Shown here: one piece after another, positions 12,262 through 25,900 of the stretch
Layout of the letters: the number at the start of each line of letters is the position of its first letter
Numbering within the stretch: position 1 is the stretch's first letter
Assembly: GCF_964355755.1 (NCBI RefSeq)
Contig: NC_092672.1
Location: forward strand, 27,224,437 to 27,288,436
Origin: Antedon mediterranea
Lineage: Eukaryota; Animalia; Echinodermata
Direction of reading: 5' to 3'
DNA length: 64,000 nucleotides
Position numbers and translations under genes: made by a program
The notes under the pieces: model-generated
What the model was told of the DNA's origin: nothing
The model's input: the letters and a program-made list of their open reading frames with translations, nothing else
Database searches by the model: none

Positions 12262-15200
12262 TTAGACTAATATTAATATTTGAACAGAAGAACTTTCAGA
12301 ATAGTAAAGTTTATTTTTGGAAATAAATAAACTATTAGTTTAACATATTTTAAGTAATGGATTACACTATTAATCTGAAATAAAAGTAGTAAACTATTAG
12401 TCTATAAATATTTTACAATGAACTTTCAGAGTAGTAAAGGAGTACTGTAATGGTATCTATATATAAATTTACGTAAGGGCAAAATTCGGTAAATCGCGCC
12501 TTACTTTTAGAATTTTTACTCGATGGTATGTAAAGTTGGTTCGTACTTTCGGTACTGATTTTAACCACCTGATGTAACCCTGTTTACTAATTAAATTAAG
12601 TTAGATAATTAGTTATTGACGATTAAAACAAATTTAGGTTCAACGATTTGCCCCAGATAGGGGTGTTTTCCGATCGTGGTATACACTGTCTAATGGATGT
12701 CCATCTTGAAAAATACCCGCCACAAAAATGCGAGGAAGCTTCGCATTTTCCTATCTCCTCCTACGATAATTGTTTTTAATAGCTGAAAACCGGCTGAACA
12801 GCTCGAGTACAGTATCATAATGTTGAAGACAGGCCGATTTTCTTTAAAAAATACTATTTTGATAGATTTAATATACGTTTATACAAATGTATTGATTTGC
12901 GATGAATGGAACATTCCAATCTCTGTGTCGTTCCACAAGTGTCTATTCCCTCAGGCGTCGTTAAGGAAAGTACTGTATACTCATAACAGAAATTCGATCC
13001 ATTTTGTTTTCAATCTGTGCTGCAGAGGTTGGATATAATTTTTTTTAAACGGATAATGAGCTAGCGTTTTCACTCGCCGTAATTTAATATTTATTACTGA
13101 TTAAATCGAATTTATGATTTGCCCCGAATAGAGGTGGTTTTCACAAATTATTTAACATTATATATAAACATACGTCGTAGTGTATCGTTACATGTACTGT
13201 ACTATTTCAATCGACTACGACGGTGATAGTTTCAACAAAGTATTACATCGCAATGTTTTACTGTGTTTAGTGGTATATTATTTGTAAAACATGTTAATTA
13301 ATATTTTACAAAATAAAAAATATATTTAAAAATTGTTCCTCTTTGCACCCATCCTCATCCCCATTCCTCAACCATAATGTTACATACAAAACACAAATTA
13401 AGTTTGTTTAAATTTGACTTAAACAATTGGTCTCATTTAGTTTCTCTTTCGGAAGTAATTCCCAGTGTGCTAATTTTAGTTGAGTACATAAATCACAGTG
13501 TCTATTTAATCGTTCCTGTAAACGACATATATTATTGTCCTGCATTATTGTACATTTGAAATCGCCAGTTTTTGAACGCTGACATTACTGTGTATTCGAG
13601 AACCATCTGTGGGCACGACCTAGATGGTACGCGAGCGAAGCGAGCGTACCATCTAGTTTAATAAATAAACCGTAAGTTTAACTTGTCAATTATTGACTTC
13701 AGTAATATACTAGTAAACCATTATTACTAGCAAAACATTGATTCAAAGCATTGACGTAATAATAATGAACATATAACATTGCGTGTGACAACCGATAACG
13801 TAAACGCGATGCTGTAAACGTTGTACGTTCGTCACAATATGGAGAATGGTTACAACATTTATGATTCAATTTCTCGTAAGAAGGGGGATGCGAAATTGAT
13901 AGAATAGTTTCCTTATCTTACGTCGCTGCGTTGTTTCTAGTGGGAACCAAGCTTAAGGAAATATAAATGTACCTATTTTTGAATAATTTGAATTGAACTG
14001 ATGTAGAATTACACCAGTGTGTTTACATTATTTTGCTTCGTTTTATGACTTTGTTCTATTTTCTTCTAGTTCTGAATAAATGAAAGGGACAAAATTATTT
14101 ATGCTGACTGTTAATTGTACTTATTTCAAAGATTTGTGTAATTAAATGTATTTGTATTTAGTGTCCCAATAATATATTGACTTTAATAATGAGAATGGTA
14201 ATTTCTTCGATTTGGCGACTCCTAATGCAACATTGTTAAACCTTGGTTGTTGGGTTATTATTGTTTATTTACAGTAATTCAATTTTAAACATTTTCAATC
14301 GTCCCTCTTCACAATTGTATGTTAAAATATGCAAATTATTTGATATGCGTCTCGAAAAAGCTGTAACGGATCGAAAGTTTTATGTCCAATTTCTGTCTTT
14401 TCACGAATCTATAACGTCGCTTATCTTGCCACATCTTATTTTCAATATGGAAACGTTGTATGGGGAATTAATGTGTTGTTACCTCTCCTGTGGTGGACAC
14501 TTTAATGTGCGCTAGACGACACGTGATTTTAAACCGTCGTCAGGATAAAACAAAGGGAATTTCCCCCTTGCCACGCATGAGAATTTTCTTTCATCAGCTG
14601 ACCGGCTACGGACGACTGCTATTATTATGTATGTAAATATATTTATCTTATTCAAATTTGTTTATGTCTTCCTTGTCTGGTCTGTGTGTAAATCTAATGA
14701 TAGGTAGGCCTACCCCGTCAAGCACCCGCTTCTTGGTACCTATTGTAATTGTGAATTGTATAAAAATATAATGGTCAAATAGAACATGATGAACCGATAT
14801 TTTATTCTTTATACTGATATTTGTGCATGTTTTCTATGAGACAATTATATATTATACACATTACTGTGATTGACATAAATAGGCCTAAATAAAGTGTTGG
14901 AAAAAATTTTGTTATTTGATCGTGTTGTAACTGTAGGCCTACAGTATTACATTTTGTACCGACATTATTCTATTGCTTCCGATTTGTTTTCGTGTTTTCT
15001 TGGGAGACAATAGGCCTATACTTCATGTGATTGGCACGCATTTGAAGATAAATATAATTACATGTTGCAAAATTATAATTTGATCGATAACGTAACAAGA
15101 TCATATAGTTGTGAATGGCAAGACTATTTTTGACTTTAGGAAATGTGATAATTTGTAAAATCATGAGGACTTATCTCCTCCAGGTAAATTCATGTGACCT

Positions 15201-15520
15201 ACTTTAAATATCTTAAAGTATTGATGAAAACTATAAAAAGTACTACATTTTGCAATTCTTACAAAATAAAATAAATACAAACTCTTTGATATGTTGTTGT
15301 GTAATCCATATAGCTCTGTCGATGCCTGAATTCCTTGACTATTTGAAATTATAATTTAGACTCGCGCTCTGTCTGGCCCATAAAATAAAAACGCATACAG
15401 TACTAACTAGGCCAATTAAAAATATAATATTGTCCCCCTGTTTTGTTGAATATTTCAAAGAGTTATTGGGGAAAAAATGTAATTTAAAGCCAAAAAACTG
15501 TCTGTCAGACAATGGGACTT

Positions 15521-15728
15521 ACTCTTAACCGGGTTGTTTTTATTTAGGCTTTTAATAGGCCTATAAAAAGTGAAATAATTCTAATAGTAATTTTTTGGGT
15601 TTTTTTCTACTGAAGTTTTAGTAACGTTATTAACTTCTGTAGAAAAAAAAAACACAAATTTATTATTATAATTATTTCATTTTTTATAGGCTTATGAAAG
15701 GCCTAAATAAAAAAACCCGGTTAAGAGT
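15521..15728. repeat. Palindromic hairpin (MITE-like), ~100-bp arms
   Basis: actcttaaccggg...tttatttaggc...aaataatt is mirrored by aattattt...ggcctaaataaa...cccggttaagagt. Confidence 0.8.
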
Positions 15729-16378
15729 CTTCGGAGGACAACACATCTCTAACCAAATTAATTATAGAAATAATTTATATTTATATTTTTACTCGACTTC
15801 AACTTACCCAATTCATGAAATTGGTGTCTCTAGTAATAGTACTATAGTGGGACTATAGTACTAGTGGAAATGACTGATAATATCGCCGGACCGCATGTAA
15901 AATACGAATCAATTATGATGATGATGATAATTGCAAAAAAATCTGGCATAATTTGTACACAATCTAGCATAATTTGGACGAAAACCCGAAGACCTGCAAT
16001 TTTAATTCTTAATTTTAGCCTTAATTGTGTCTGGCATAATGGCATATTTTTGTGCTGCCACCTAGCATAATTTCATTTCGATTTCTGGCCACACTGTGAC
16101 GTAATCTAGACTGTGTTGTTTGTGTGTGTGTATCAAAACAAAGTGATTTGTAAGTAAAAATAACATTACTTAAAGAATTAAAAAATGACACTTTAAAGAT
16201 TTCGGAAGGTCAGAAGCACCGTAATTGATATTAATAATTCCGAAAGTAGGCCCAGCTTACCTAGTAGTAGGCCCACCCTACTAACTAGCCTAGTTACGGT
16301 TTACTAGGCCTAGCCTAGGCCTAGGCCTAGGCCTAGGCCCCCTCCCTAGCCAGGAGGCCTAGACCTAAGCCCGAGTGT

Positions 16379-18463
16379 TAACAAAGTGCGAGGCAGCGAG
16401 GCACGCGAGGCATGCCAAATATTTGTGCGAGGCATCATTTTATCATTTCCAAAAGTGCGAGGCATGCGCGGCATATAGTTTACAATTTCAAAAAGGTGCG
16501 AGGCATATCTTAACGTGCTATTATGCTATATTATAGGCCTAATAATCAATCGATTCAAGCGTATCTAAATAGATTCGTGTATACACTCATCATGTTGTTT
16601 ATTTTTATGTAACGATTGTTTTTTCATTCAAGTCATATCGTGTCAAATTTTACTTTCAAAAGTGCCCAAACTACGGTTCAAAAATCTGAACGACAGTATT
16701 CAACTTTCGATAAACAATAATTGTTATAGCGACACACTCATCAAATGACTGCAATGTTGGCATTTCGAGCGTGTTCACTCACATGTCTCTCGAACATAGC
16801 AGAGTGAAAATAATATTTTGTCACACCCCTGCGCCTAGATCCGGTAGACCCGAGAGATGGAAAATCCCTCTGTACTATTTAGCAGGTAGCGGAATGATTC
16901 AGCCCTCAGCTCAGAGGATTGTGGTGCATTCCCCTCCTATAGCACGTGGTTTCAGCAGCAACGCACAGACTTCTCTCTGAGCGGCGTGCCAAAGACATTT
17001 TTGACATTCCATTCTCTAGGAACAACACGTGTACCTATCTCGCAAATAAGGTGAACAGCGATTGCCAGGACAAGTTCAATAACTGGCGGTGAATAAAAGG
17101 TAACTGATATGGCGATCCAATAACATGCCGCAAAGAAAAAAATTGCGACAGAATTCTGGAGCGCGTGTGAAAAAAGACTTACGTCCGACAATTGTAATAC
17201 TAGGCCTAAAATTAAACTTTAGCTAATATGCTTAGCCCTAACCTAGATAAGAGGCCTATGTAGAAAATAATTTAATCAATTTTGATATAATAATAATTGG
17301 TGTAATATTTAATAATGATACACTATTCCTGTTTTAGTAAGCTAGGTATATTACGAACGATTTTTATTTATTGTTGTCCATGTACGTACTAATAAACGTG
17401 GCGCTAGTTTCCTTCGCTTGTATTTTTACTCCAAATTTGATAACTAACTTTATCGTGTGAATACCACACCTTAGAAGTATACCTCATGAGTACTTTAATG
17501 AAAGAATCACATAAAAAGTAACAAATAAATCCTTAAATTAATGATTTTACAGGCGTGTTTCTCGCACACTGTTCGCGAATTTCACTTATTCAATGTTCAA
17601 TATTTTTGTTTCTATGGAGCGCCAAAAGAGCAACGATAATAGAGGACTAAAACTCAGTGGAATGCGTCAATTTCTCATGCATTTATTGGTGAAAAACACG
17701 TTTTATTTCAATATATTTGTTAATTTGTCAATAAAAATGCTGTAATATGTTATTGCTGATAATGTTCTGTTTTCAAAGAATAATAATCGATCCTAAATCA
17801 ACATCACTACCTAGTCTAGACCTAGGACATCCTACTAAGGATATTATGATGAATTTTTCTATTTTATTCTTTAAAAGGTTACCGAAACCGTGTACATTAT
17901 CAAAGAATATAAATAGGTATTTTATTATCTTTGACATTATCAACAGTAAACCGGTGAACAGTAACATTTTTCCTTACTGACAGTGACAAAATCTATTGAA
18001 ATTGTACTTGATTTTCACCAAATAATGCGTTAAATATAAATGGATTCCACAGAGTTTTTAGCCCTCTAATTAATTTTGCTCTTTTGGCGTTCCATAGAAA
18101 TCAAAATATTGAACATTGAGTGTGCAAAATGCGAGAAAAACAACGTCTGTAAAATCACCAATTTAATGGATTTATTGTTACTTTTATGTGATTTTTCTTC
18201 ATTAAAGTAGGCCTACTAATTCTAAGCTGTGGTATTCAGGATAAAGTTGGTTAAAATACAAGGCAGGTGCAAAAGGAAACTAGCCTAGCGGGCCTAGGCC
18301 TAGGCTACTTCAATTTCGGTGATTTCCTGCCTTGCAATTTTGAGAAATGATAAAATGATGCCTCGCATTTTTTGATGATGGTAAAACGATGCCTCGCATA
18401 AATTTCTGACTTGCCTCGCATGCCTTCCCTGCCTCGCGTGCCTCGCTGCCTCGCACTTTGTTA
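16379..18463. mobile_element. Non-autonomous TIR DNA transposon with subterminal GCGAGGCA repeats
   Basis: taacaaagtgcgaggcagcgaggcacgcgaggca at the left end and its exact reverse complement at the right end. Several GCGAGGCA / TGCCTCGC subterminal motifs. Confidence 0.8.
17402..18284. mobile_element. Nested foldback element with ~290-bp diverged inverted arms
   Basis: 17402-17696 (gctagtttcc...tttctatggagcgccaaaagagcaa...ttggtgaaaa) is the inverse of 18012-18284 (ttttcaccaa...ttgctcttttggcgttccatagaaa...ggaaactagc). Confidence 0.75.
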
Positions 18464-18640
18464 CTACCCCCTACGCCCACCCTCTAACTAGGCTAGTCTA
18501 GCCTAGGCCTAGCTAGGCTCTAAAATCTTACTCTTAATTCTTATCGTAGTTTAGGCCTAAACCTAGGTCTTGTAGGTAGGGGGACTGGATCCCGCTAAAA
18601 TAACAATTCTACCTAGCCTAGGCACTAATAGTATTTATGT

Positions 18641-19459
18641 ATGTGTTATGCGCGATTTGCGCAATTTGAAATTGCGCAAAAAAATCCTTGCGCAATTTGA
18701 AATTGCGCAAATAATTCTTGCGCAATTTAAAATTGCGCAAGGATTTTTTTGCGCAATTTCAAATTGCGCAATCAACTTGCGCAATTTCAAATTGCGCAAG
18801 AAAATCTTTGCGCAATTTTAAATTGCGCTGCACAATTTGTAAATTGCGCTGCACAATTTGTAAATTGCGCAAGATAGTTCTTGCGCAATATGACACCTTT
18901 GCGCAATTTGAAAACGAACTGTAAATTTTCCCATACATGGCTATAGGCTAGGCCTAGGCAGAGGAGTTTAAAATTTAGTATTTTATTATATAAATAAGAC
19001 CATTTCAATGAAGATAATGTTTAATACTCACTTTTTAAGTTTTTAATATTAGTTTAAGCTAGGCCATGTAACCTAGTCAGTATCAGTAGTCCAGACCCTA
19101 GCTAGGCTAGAGTAGTATAGCCGGCCGCCCGCGCCGCGCCCGCCTGGTGGAACACCACCGCTTCGTTTTCCTTCGTCGGTTCTTCGACGGTATGCTAACT
19201 TATAACAATATTTGCACTACTAAAATAAGGAAATGCGATATTTATCTTTAATTTTGAATCATTCTTAGAAATTACTATAAAAATATGGGTGTACATGATT
19301 CCACAATCTGTCGAAAAACCTTGCGCAATTTGCAGATTACTTGCGCAATTTAATACGTTGCTTGCGCAATTTGAAACACATGTTTCAATTCAAATTGCGC
19401 AAGGATTTTTTTTGCGCAATTTCAAATTGCGCAAATCGTTCAAATCGCGCATAACATAT
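18641..19459. mobile_element. MITE with termini built from palindromic TTGCGCAA repeats
   Basis: TIR tgttatgcgcgatttg / caaatcgcgcataaca, with arrays of ttgcgcaatttgaaattgcgcaa at 18657-18910 and 19321-19433. Confidence 0.8.
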
Positions 19460-19981
19460 GCAACTATTCATTCCGACCTTTTGCATTGCATAGAAATGGA
19501 CAGTCATAATGAATGGTTCGGTCATATTCATGCAAATGTAAATCCAAAGATCTTAAAACCGGCTTAATATCACCTTTCTGGGTAAATAACAACATTATAA
19601 TAATGGTGTGCCAATTTCGCGTAATGGTATTAAAATCATTTTTTTCAATTTTGTAATCTGTAAAAGTGACACACCTTACTACTGTAGCATTTTATTTATA
19701 GTCAATAACACATTTTGAGTAGTACTGTACAACATACTACTGTAATATACTGTATTCTTTCACAAAATAATAAAAGTTCATGGTATTGTCCTCAACAAAT
19801 GATCAATTCGATGTATTGCCTTTAAAAAATAATAAATTTAATGTAATTGTAATTTGTATGTTCATTGTTTTTGCAGTGACTACCACCATACCAGATTACA
19901 AGAAAATCATTTGCTGAATGTAATCTTGTATGACTTGCAGTTATCAATACAATAAAATGAACTCAAGGTCAGCATGCTGCA

Positions 19982-22900
19982 ATGAACCCAAATACAACTC
20001 AAGCTCAGCAAGCTGTAAAAGGCAAAAATAAAACTCAAGCTCATCAAGCTGCAATAGGCAAAAATAAAACTCAAGCTCAGCAAGCTGTAATAGGCAAAAA
20101 TGAAACTCAAGCTCATCAAGCTGCGATAGGCACAAATGCAACTCAAGCTCAGCAAGCTGTAAAAGGCAAAAATAAAACTCAAGCTCATCAAGCTGCAATA
20201 GGCAAAAATGAAACTCAAGCTCAGCAACCTGTAATAGGCAAAAATGAAACTCAAGCTCATCAAGCTTCAATAGGCACAAATGCAACTCAAGCTCAGCAAG
20301 CTGCAATAGGCAAAAATGAATCTCAAGCTCATCAGCACCATCTAGTGCTCCTTCTACAGGCACACAATTGTCAGAGGAGAGAAAACCAGGCTAATGGTGA
20401 ACTAAAACAATGCTCACTTCCACACTGTCGGACCATGAAAAATGTACTCAATCACAAGACACACTGTCAAGCTGGCAGGAACTGTACAGGTATTATATGC
20501 CAAATGTCATCCTTTATAAACCTAGTTCTTATTTTAACCAATAGTTAGTTTTCGCATCACATTGGATGGACTCGTAATTGATCTGTGCATATCCCATTAA
20601 TTTATCGTTCTAGTCTAGTGGCACTACAGAGACGTATTTAATGTTAATAACTGCTGTAATAAAGCATATGATATATTTCTTAGTAATTTTTCCAATGCTT
20701 ATGAATATCTCATTAAAATAACTAAAAAGAAAATAGAGGAAAGAAAACCATGGATCACTTTGGCCATAATAAAATCAATAAACACTGGGACAGATTCTAC
20801 AAACAATTCGTAAAAACTAATATTAATGATAATACATCGGCTAAAAATAAATATAAAACATATTGTAACAAATTGACACATTTGATTCATATATCATGCC
20901 AGAAATATGCTAATAAATTTAATTTATATAAAAATAGTATTAAGCAAACATGGAAAAATATAAATGAAATATTGGGTTAAAATATAAACTAGAAAGCCAC
21001 TCCGAGAGTGCATACCTCCGCCTACTGTAAACTTCTCCTACGTAAGATTTCTCTGGGAAAATATAAATATATAAATTTGTGTGTGTCTTAATGCTGTTTG
21101 TGATTTAGGCTAATTTCACTACAAGCATGTGTGCGAGTTTGGTGTAATGGTTATGTATAACAAGCCTTTCAATTAACAATAGCTTCAGTTGACTAACAAT
21201 AGAACAGCAACGCAAAAATCAAACTAGTGAATATGAAAAAAAATAGGTTTTTTAAACTACTCGCATCAAAAAAGGTGCACGTTAAATCAAATTATGTTTT
21301 AAAATTACAAATCACAAATTATAACTCTTGCCTCTTGTACAAAAAAGAAGTAGTTCTCGAGAAAATGCAATTTCAGTTTACTTGTTATTTTAAGACTGCT
21401 CGCCGGATTTTGAAAAATTCTGTCCTATCTTTTAACACTAGCAGGTCTGAAAAGTATACTAAAAAGTGGTCCAGAATTGGGACCATGCTCCCAAAATTTA
21501 ATGGAATGGTCCTTGAGCACCTATCTATTGTATATTCATTTTGGTAAAGATCTTGTAATTACTTTTTGAGTAATCCTGCTAACAAACAAACAGACAAACA
21601 AACTAGCCTTCGCGCATAGCGTGATACTTGGGCAAATCAAAATTGGCCTGTTGACCTTGACCCGATTTTTACCAAAATTGTGTGTCTTAATGCTGCGTGA
21701 TTTAGGCTAATTTCACTACAATCATGTGTATGCGAATTTGGTGTAAAGGTTATGTAACCAGCCTTTCAACTAACAATAGCTTCAGTCGACTAATAATAGA
21801 ACAGCAACGCGAAAAACACACGGGTGAATTTGAAAATAAATAGGTTTTTTAAACTACTCGCATCAAAAAACCTGTATATTAAATCTAATTATGTTTTAAA
21901 ATTTACAAATCAAAAATAATAACTCTTCCCTCTTTTACAAAAATGAAGTTTTTTGGACAAGTAGTTCTCGAGAAAATGCAATTTTAGTTTACTTGTTACT
22001 TTAAGACTGCTTACCGGCATGTGAAAATTCTGTCTTATCTCTTAACACTAGCAGGTCTGAAAAAATGTCTAAAAAGTGGTCTAGAATTAGGACTGTGGTC
22101 CGGATTTTCACCAAAATTGGGCAGTGTCGTCCTTGCACCAGCCGACATGTATGACAGTAATTTGTAGTTATTCGAATCAAAATTGTGAGCGCTAGAGTGA
22201 TGACAAACAAACACACACACACCCCTACACAAACCGCACCGATCAACATACTTGGCCAATTTTCAATTTGGCCAAGTAACAATCACGCGCAATCGATTAC
22301 AATACTTCCTTGGCAGAGGTAAATAAAGCAAAATCTGGTAAAAAAGCACCGAATATGATGACAATAGATTAAACAAATAGCACTATTTATAGTTCGACCA
22401 CTTTTCATATTTTTAACTTATCTATTCTTACTGGGATTTTTCCCACAGCACCTAAAATAGCTAAAATTATCCCTATCATAAAAAAGATGACCGTCACATT
22501 ATATCTAATTATTGTCCGATATCGCTTCTTTCATGCTTTTCGAAAGTGTTTGAAAAGTTAATCTAGACTCATTGATTTTTTAAACACTATTGATATTCTT
22601 CACCCTAATCAGTGTGTTTTTCGTAAAGAACACTCAACTGACCTAGCATTACTAGATATCTGTAACAAAATCGCCTCTGCTAAAATAAACATACCGTTGG
22701 TGTCTTTATGGATTTATCGAAATCCTTCGACTATTAATGATACCATTTTAAAACATAAACTTGAACATTATGGCATCAGAGGACTCTCTCTTCTATTATT
22801 GAATTATCTTTACGACAGAAAACATATTTTTATTCACATACTTATAATTTACTGCCTGTAAACTGCGGGGTACCACAAGGATCTACTTTAGGTCCTTTAC

Positions 22901-25900
22901 TTATTCCTTATAATATGTACATGATATCCCAACCTCCTCTGAGTTATTAAATTGTATATTATTTTCTGATGAAAACATAAAAATTTATCACATAAAAATA
23001 TTGATAAACTTTTTTTCACTCCAATAGGGAATTACTGTATGTCTCAGATTGGTTCAAAGTTAAATATTGATAAAACTAATTTGTTATAATTATATATCGC
23101 AAGTAAATATAAAGTGACAGAAGACACGTCCGAGGGAATAATAATCATTTAAAAATCAAAATTGATTTTATTTTATTTTATTTTATTTTATTTTATTCAA
23201 TCAAAACCAACAGCGATAAATACCGCCACTAACAGGTTTGAAACATAAAACAATACAACATCAAAAATGGTTAACAATAAAATACAGATAAAATATATAT
23301 ATATATATATAAAACATAGATTGGCATGCCATAAACAATTTCAATTAAACAGGTTATGCAGGCTGTTCAAGAAGTGAACACATCATCGTCCTCTTAAAAT
23401 AACCAAGTCTATCATTAAAAATATCGATATGATTGCTATTTAGATTATTAAATGTATAAGGTAGTCTATGAAAAAGTCCCCTCTTAGTACAGTCGACACG
23501 GTTAAAAGGAATATGCAATAAATGTCTATTTCGTGTACGACCAGGAACATTTAAACTAAATAGTGAAATTAATGAACAGTCATATTTATGATGATATTTT
23601 AATTAAAGAAAAACAATTTAAGTAGTGTGTAGTGTTAACTACACACTACAAGCAACAATGATATAACATGGCCTTGACCTTGAAGTACCGTGTATGCGCA
23701 AATAACAAATATCGTTTTGAACTATACGTACATTAAACCAACGAGTTAACATGCAAATATCGCACGCACATTAAGCAGCAAATGGTAATAATCCAACGCG
23801 TAACGACGACTCTAACAGGCGTATCATGAACACACAATTATTAAACAACTCAATGCAATACATTAACATTAAGTCGATCAAAATTGTTTGTAGCACTAAA
23901 TTTGATTTAGATTTTGTTTACATTTGTGGGCAAAAAGATTTTTTTTTTTTACATTTGTGGGCGCTGTTTTCACATTTGTGAGTGATGCGTTTTTACATTT
24001 TTGGTTGTTTTCACATCTGTGGGCGTTTTCACATTTGGGGGTTTAACAACTCTCCCCCCACATGATTACTTCATTTTGTATTTATTATCCTGTATGTTAT
24101 TATATTGTGGAAATAAATTAAATTGAAATTGAAACTAAAGTAAAAATACAAAATGTTGTTTGTGTTGGTGATGTGGGAGTGGGGGTGTGGAGAGTGGAGA
24201 GGGGGTATGCGATAACCGATTTATGCGACTGGACTAACTTGACAGCATCTTTAATAATTATTGGCCTAAAAATAGTTCCTAATTTGATTGATAACGTTTC
24301 TATTAATAATCTGGTGTTACTTTCTTGTAGTGCCTCACTGCGCATCATCTCGTGAATTAATCTCACATTGGAAGAATTGTACTCGTAGTGACTGTCCTGT
24401 GTGTGTTCCTCTCAAAAATGCTTCAAGGACTCGAGGTAAGTAAGGGCCTGTTCACACTTTACAATTTACATATATCATGGTTGCATGTGTGTATAAAACT
24501 TGAGATAAAACAGCTGTTTATAAAATCTATCTAGATTTTTTAACTACACCATAAATAACTTCAAAAAAAGCTGAAAAACTTGACAATTTGATGCCCCTTG
24601 TTTCTTTCTACATTTTCATATTTACTGTAGACTAACTTACTTAATAAAGAAATACTAAATATTACAAAAAAACAGTCATATAATATGAGGCATGCAAACA
24701 TTTAGTTTTAGGAACTTACTTTTATCTCCATATTGAAGATGAAAAATAATTGCTCAATATTTGAATTGTTTATGTCTAACATTTCGTATCATTTTATGGT
24801 GTATAGCCACCACCGTCGACTTTAAACCAAACTACTGCATTATTGTATCGACTAGGGTTGTGAACAATAGGTAAAGTTGATTAATAAAATGATATTTTAG
24901 TAGTTTGTTCAAGAGTTACCACTAAAATATTTAATGATTTTACTGACAGGTACACATGAGAATCCATGTTTATGTCATGCTCAGTATAGATTTAGATTCT
25001 GTAGGAAAAGCTACACGGTTTTTCTCTTACTGTTACTGCTCTAAATTAGCACATTAAATGCAGTTCGCACAAAATGCAAAGACAAAAGCTTTCGGGTAAT
25101 TTGACCAATCAGGACGTGATGGGTCATTCAAACTGTTGATTTTAGTTCTGATGATGAGAATAGTATTCTCGAAACCTGATTATTTAACTCTACGCTAGTC
25201 TAATATAATATAAAGCCTGTTTACCTAAATATACTTTAGAAATACTGTAATATATATTCAATTCAATTTTATTTTCATGTAATAACATGGGAGTTTTTCT
25301 TTTTTTAAGTAAAATGCACTTATGCTGGAGAACCTTAAATAAGCCCATAGGGCTTTACGGTTAGTTCCACCAGAAAAAAATAATTCAAAAAGTATATAAA
25401 AGTATATATAATAACTGTTTCAAAAGTAGTCAATAAATAAATAAACAAATAAAAAATAAAATATGAGTAAATAAATGAATAAATAACGAAAATAAAGAAA
25501 AAGAATTAAGGTAATACAAAAGCACAAGAAAACACAGGACCAAAACACGTGACAAAACACGTGACAAAACGAGGACAGAAGGAACAAAGACACAGGACAA
25601 AAACACGTGACAAAACGAGGACAGAAGTAACAAAGACACAGGACAAAAACACGTGACAAAACGAGGACAGAAGGAACAAAGACACAGGACAAAAACACGT
25701 GACAAAACGAGGACAGAAGGAACAAAGACACAGGACAAAAACATGTGACAAAACGAGGACAGAAGGAACAAAGACATGGGACAAAACACGTGACAAAACG
25801 AGGACAGAAGGAACAAAGACACAGGACAAAAACACGTGACAAAACGAGGACAGAAGGAACAAAGACACAGGACAAAAACATGTGACAAAACGAGGATAGA

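Noticed and set aside
13620-13657. Hairpin ctagatggtacgc...gcgtaccatctag as a terminator or ncRNA
   Set aside because: It contains gcgagcgaagcgagc, typical of the ends of non-autonomous repeats. There is no evidence of a functional RNA.
14555-14566. NF-kB-like site gggaatttcccc (also gggaattcccc at ~40209)
   Set aside because: Single short motifs in repeat-like DNA far from any mapped TSS, which can arise by chance.
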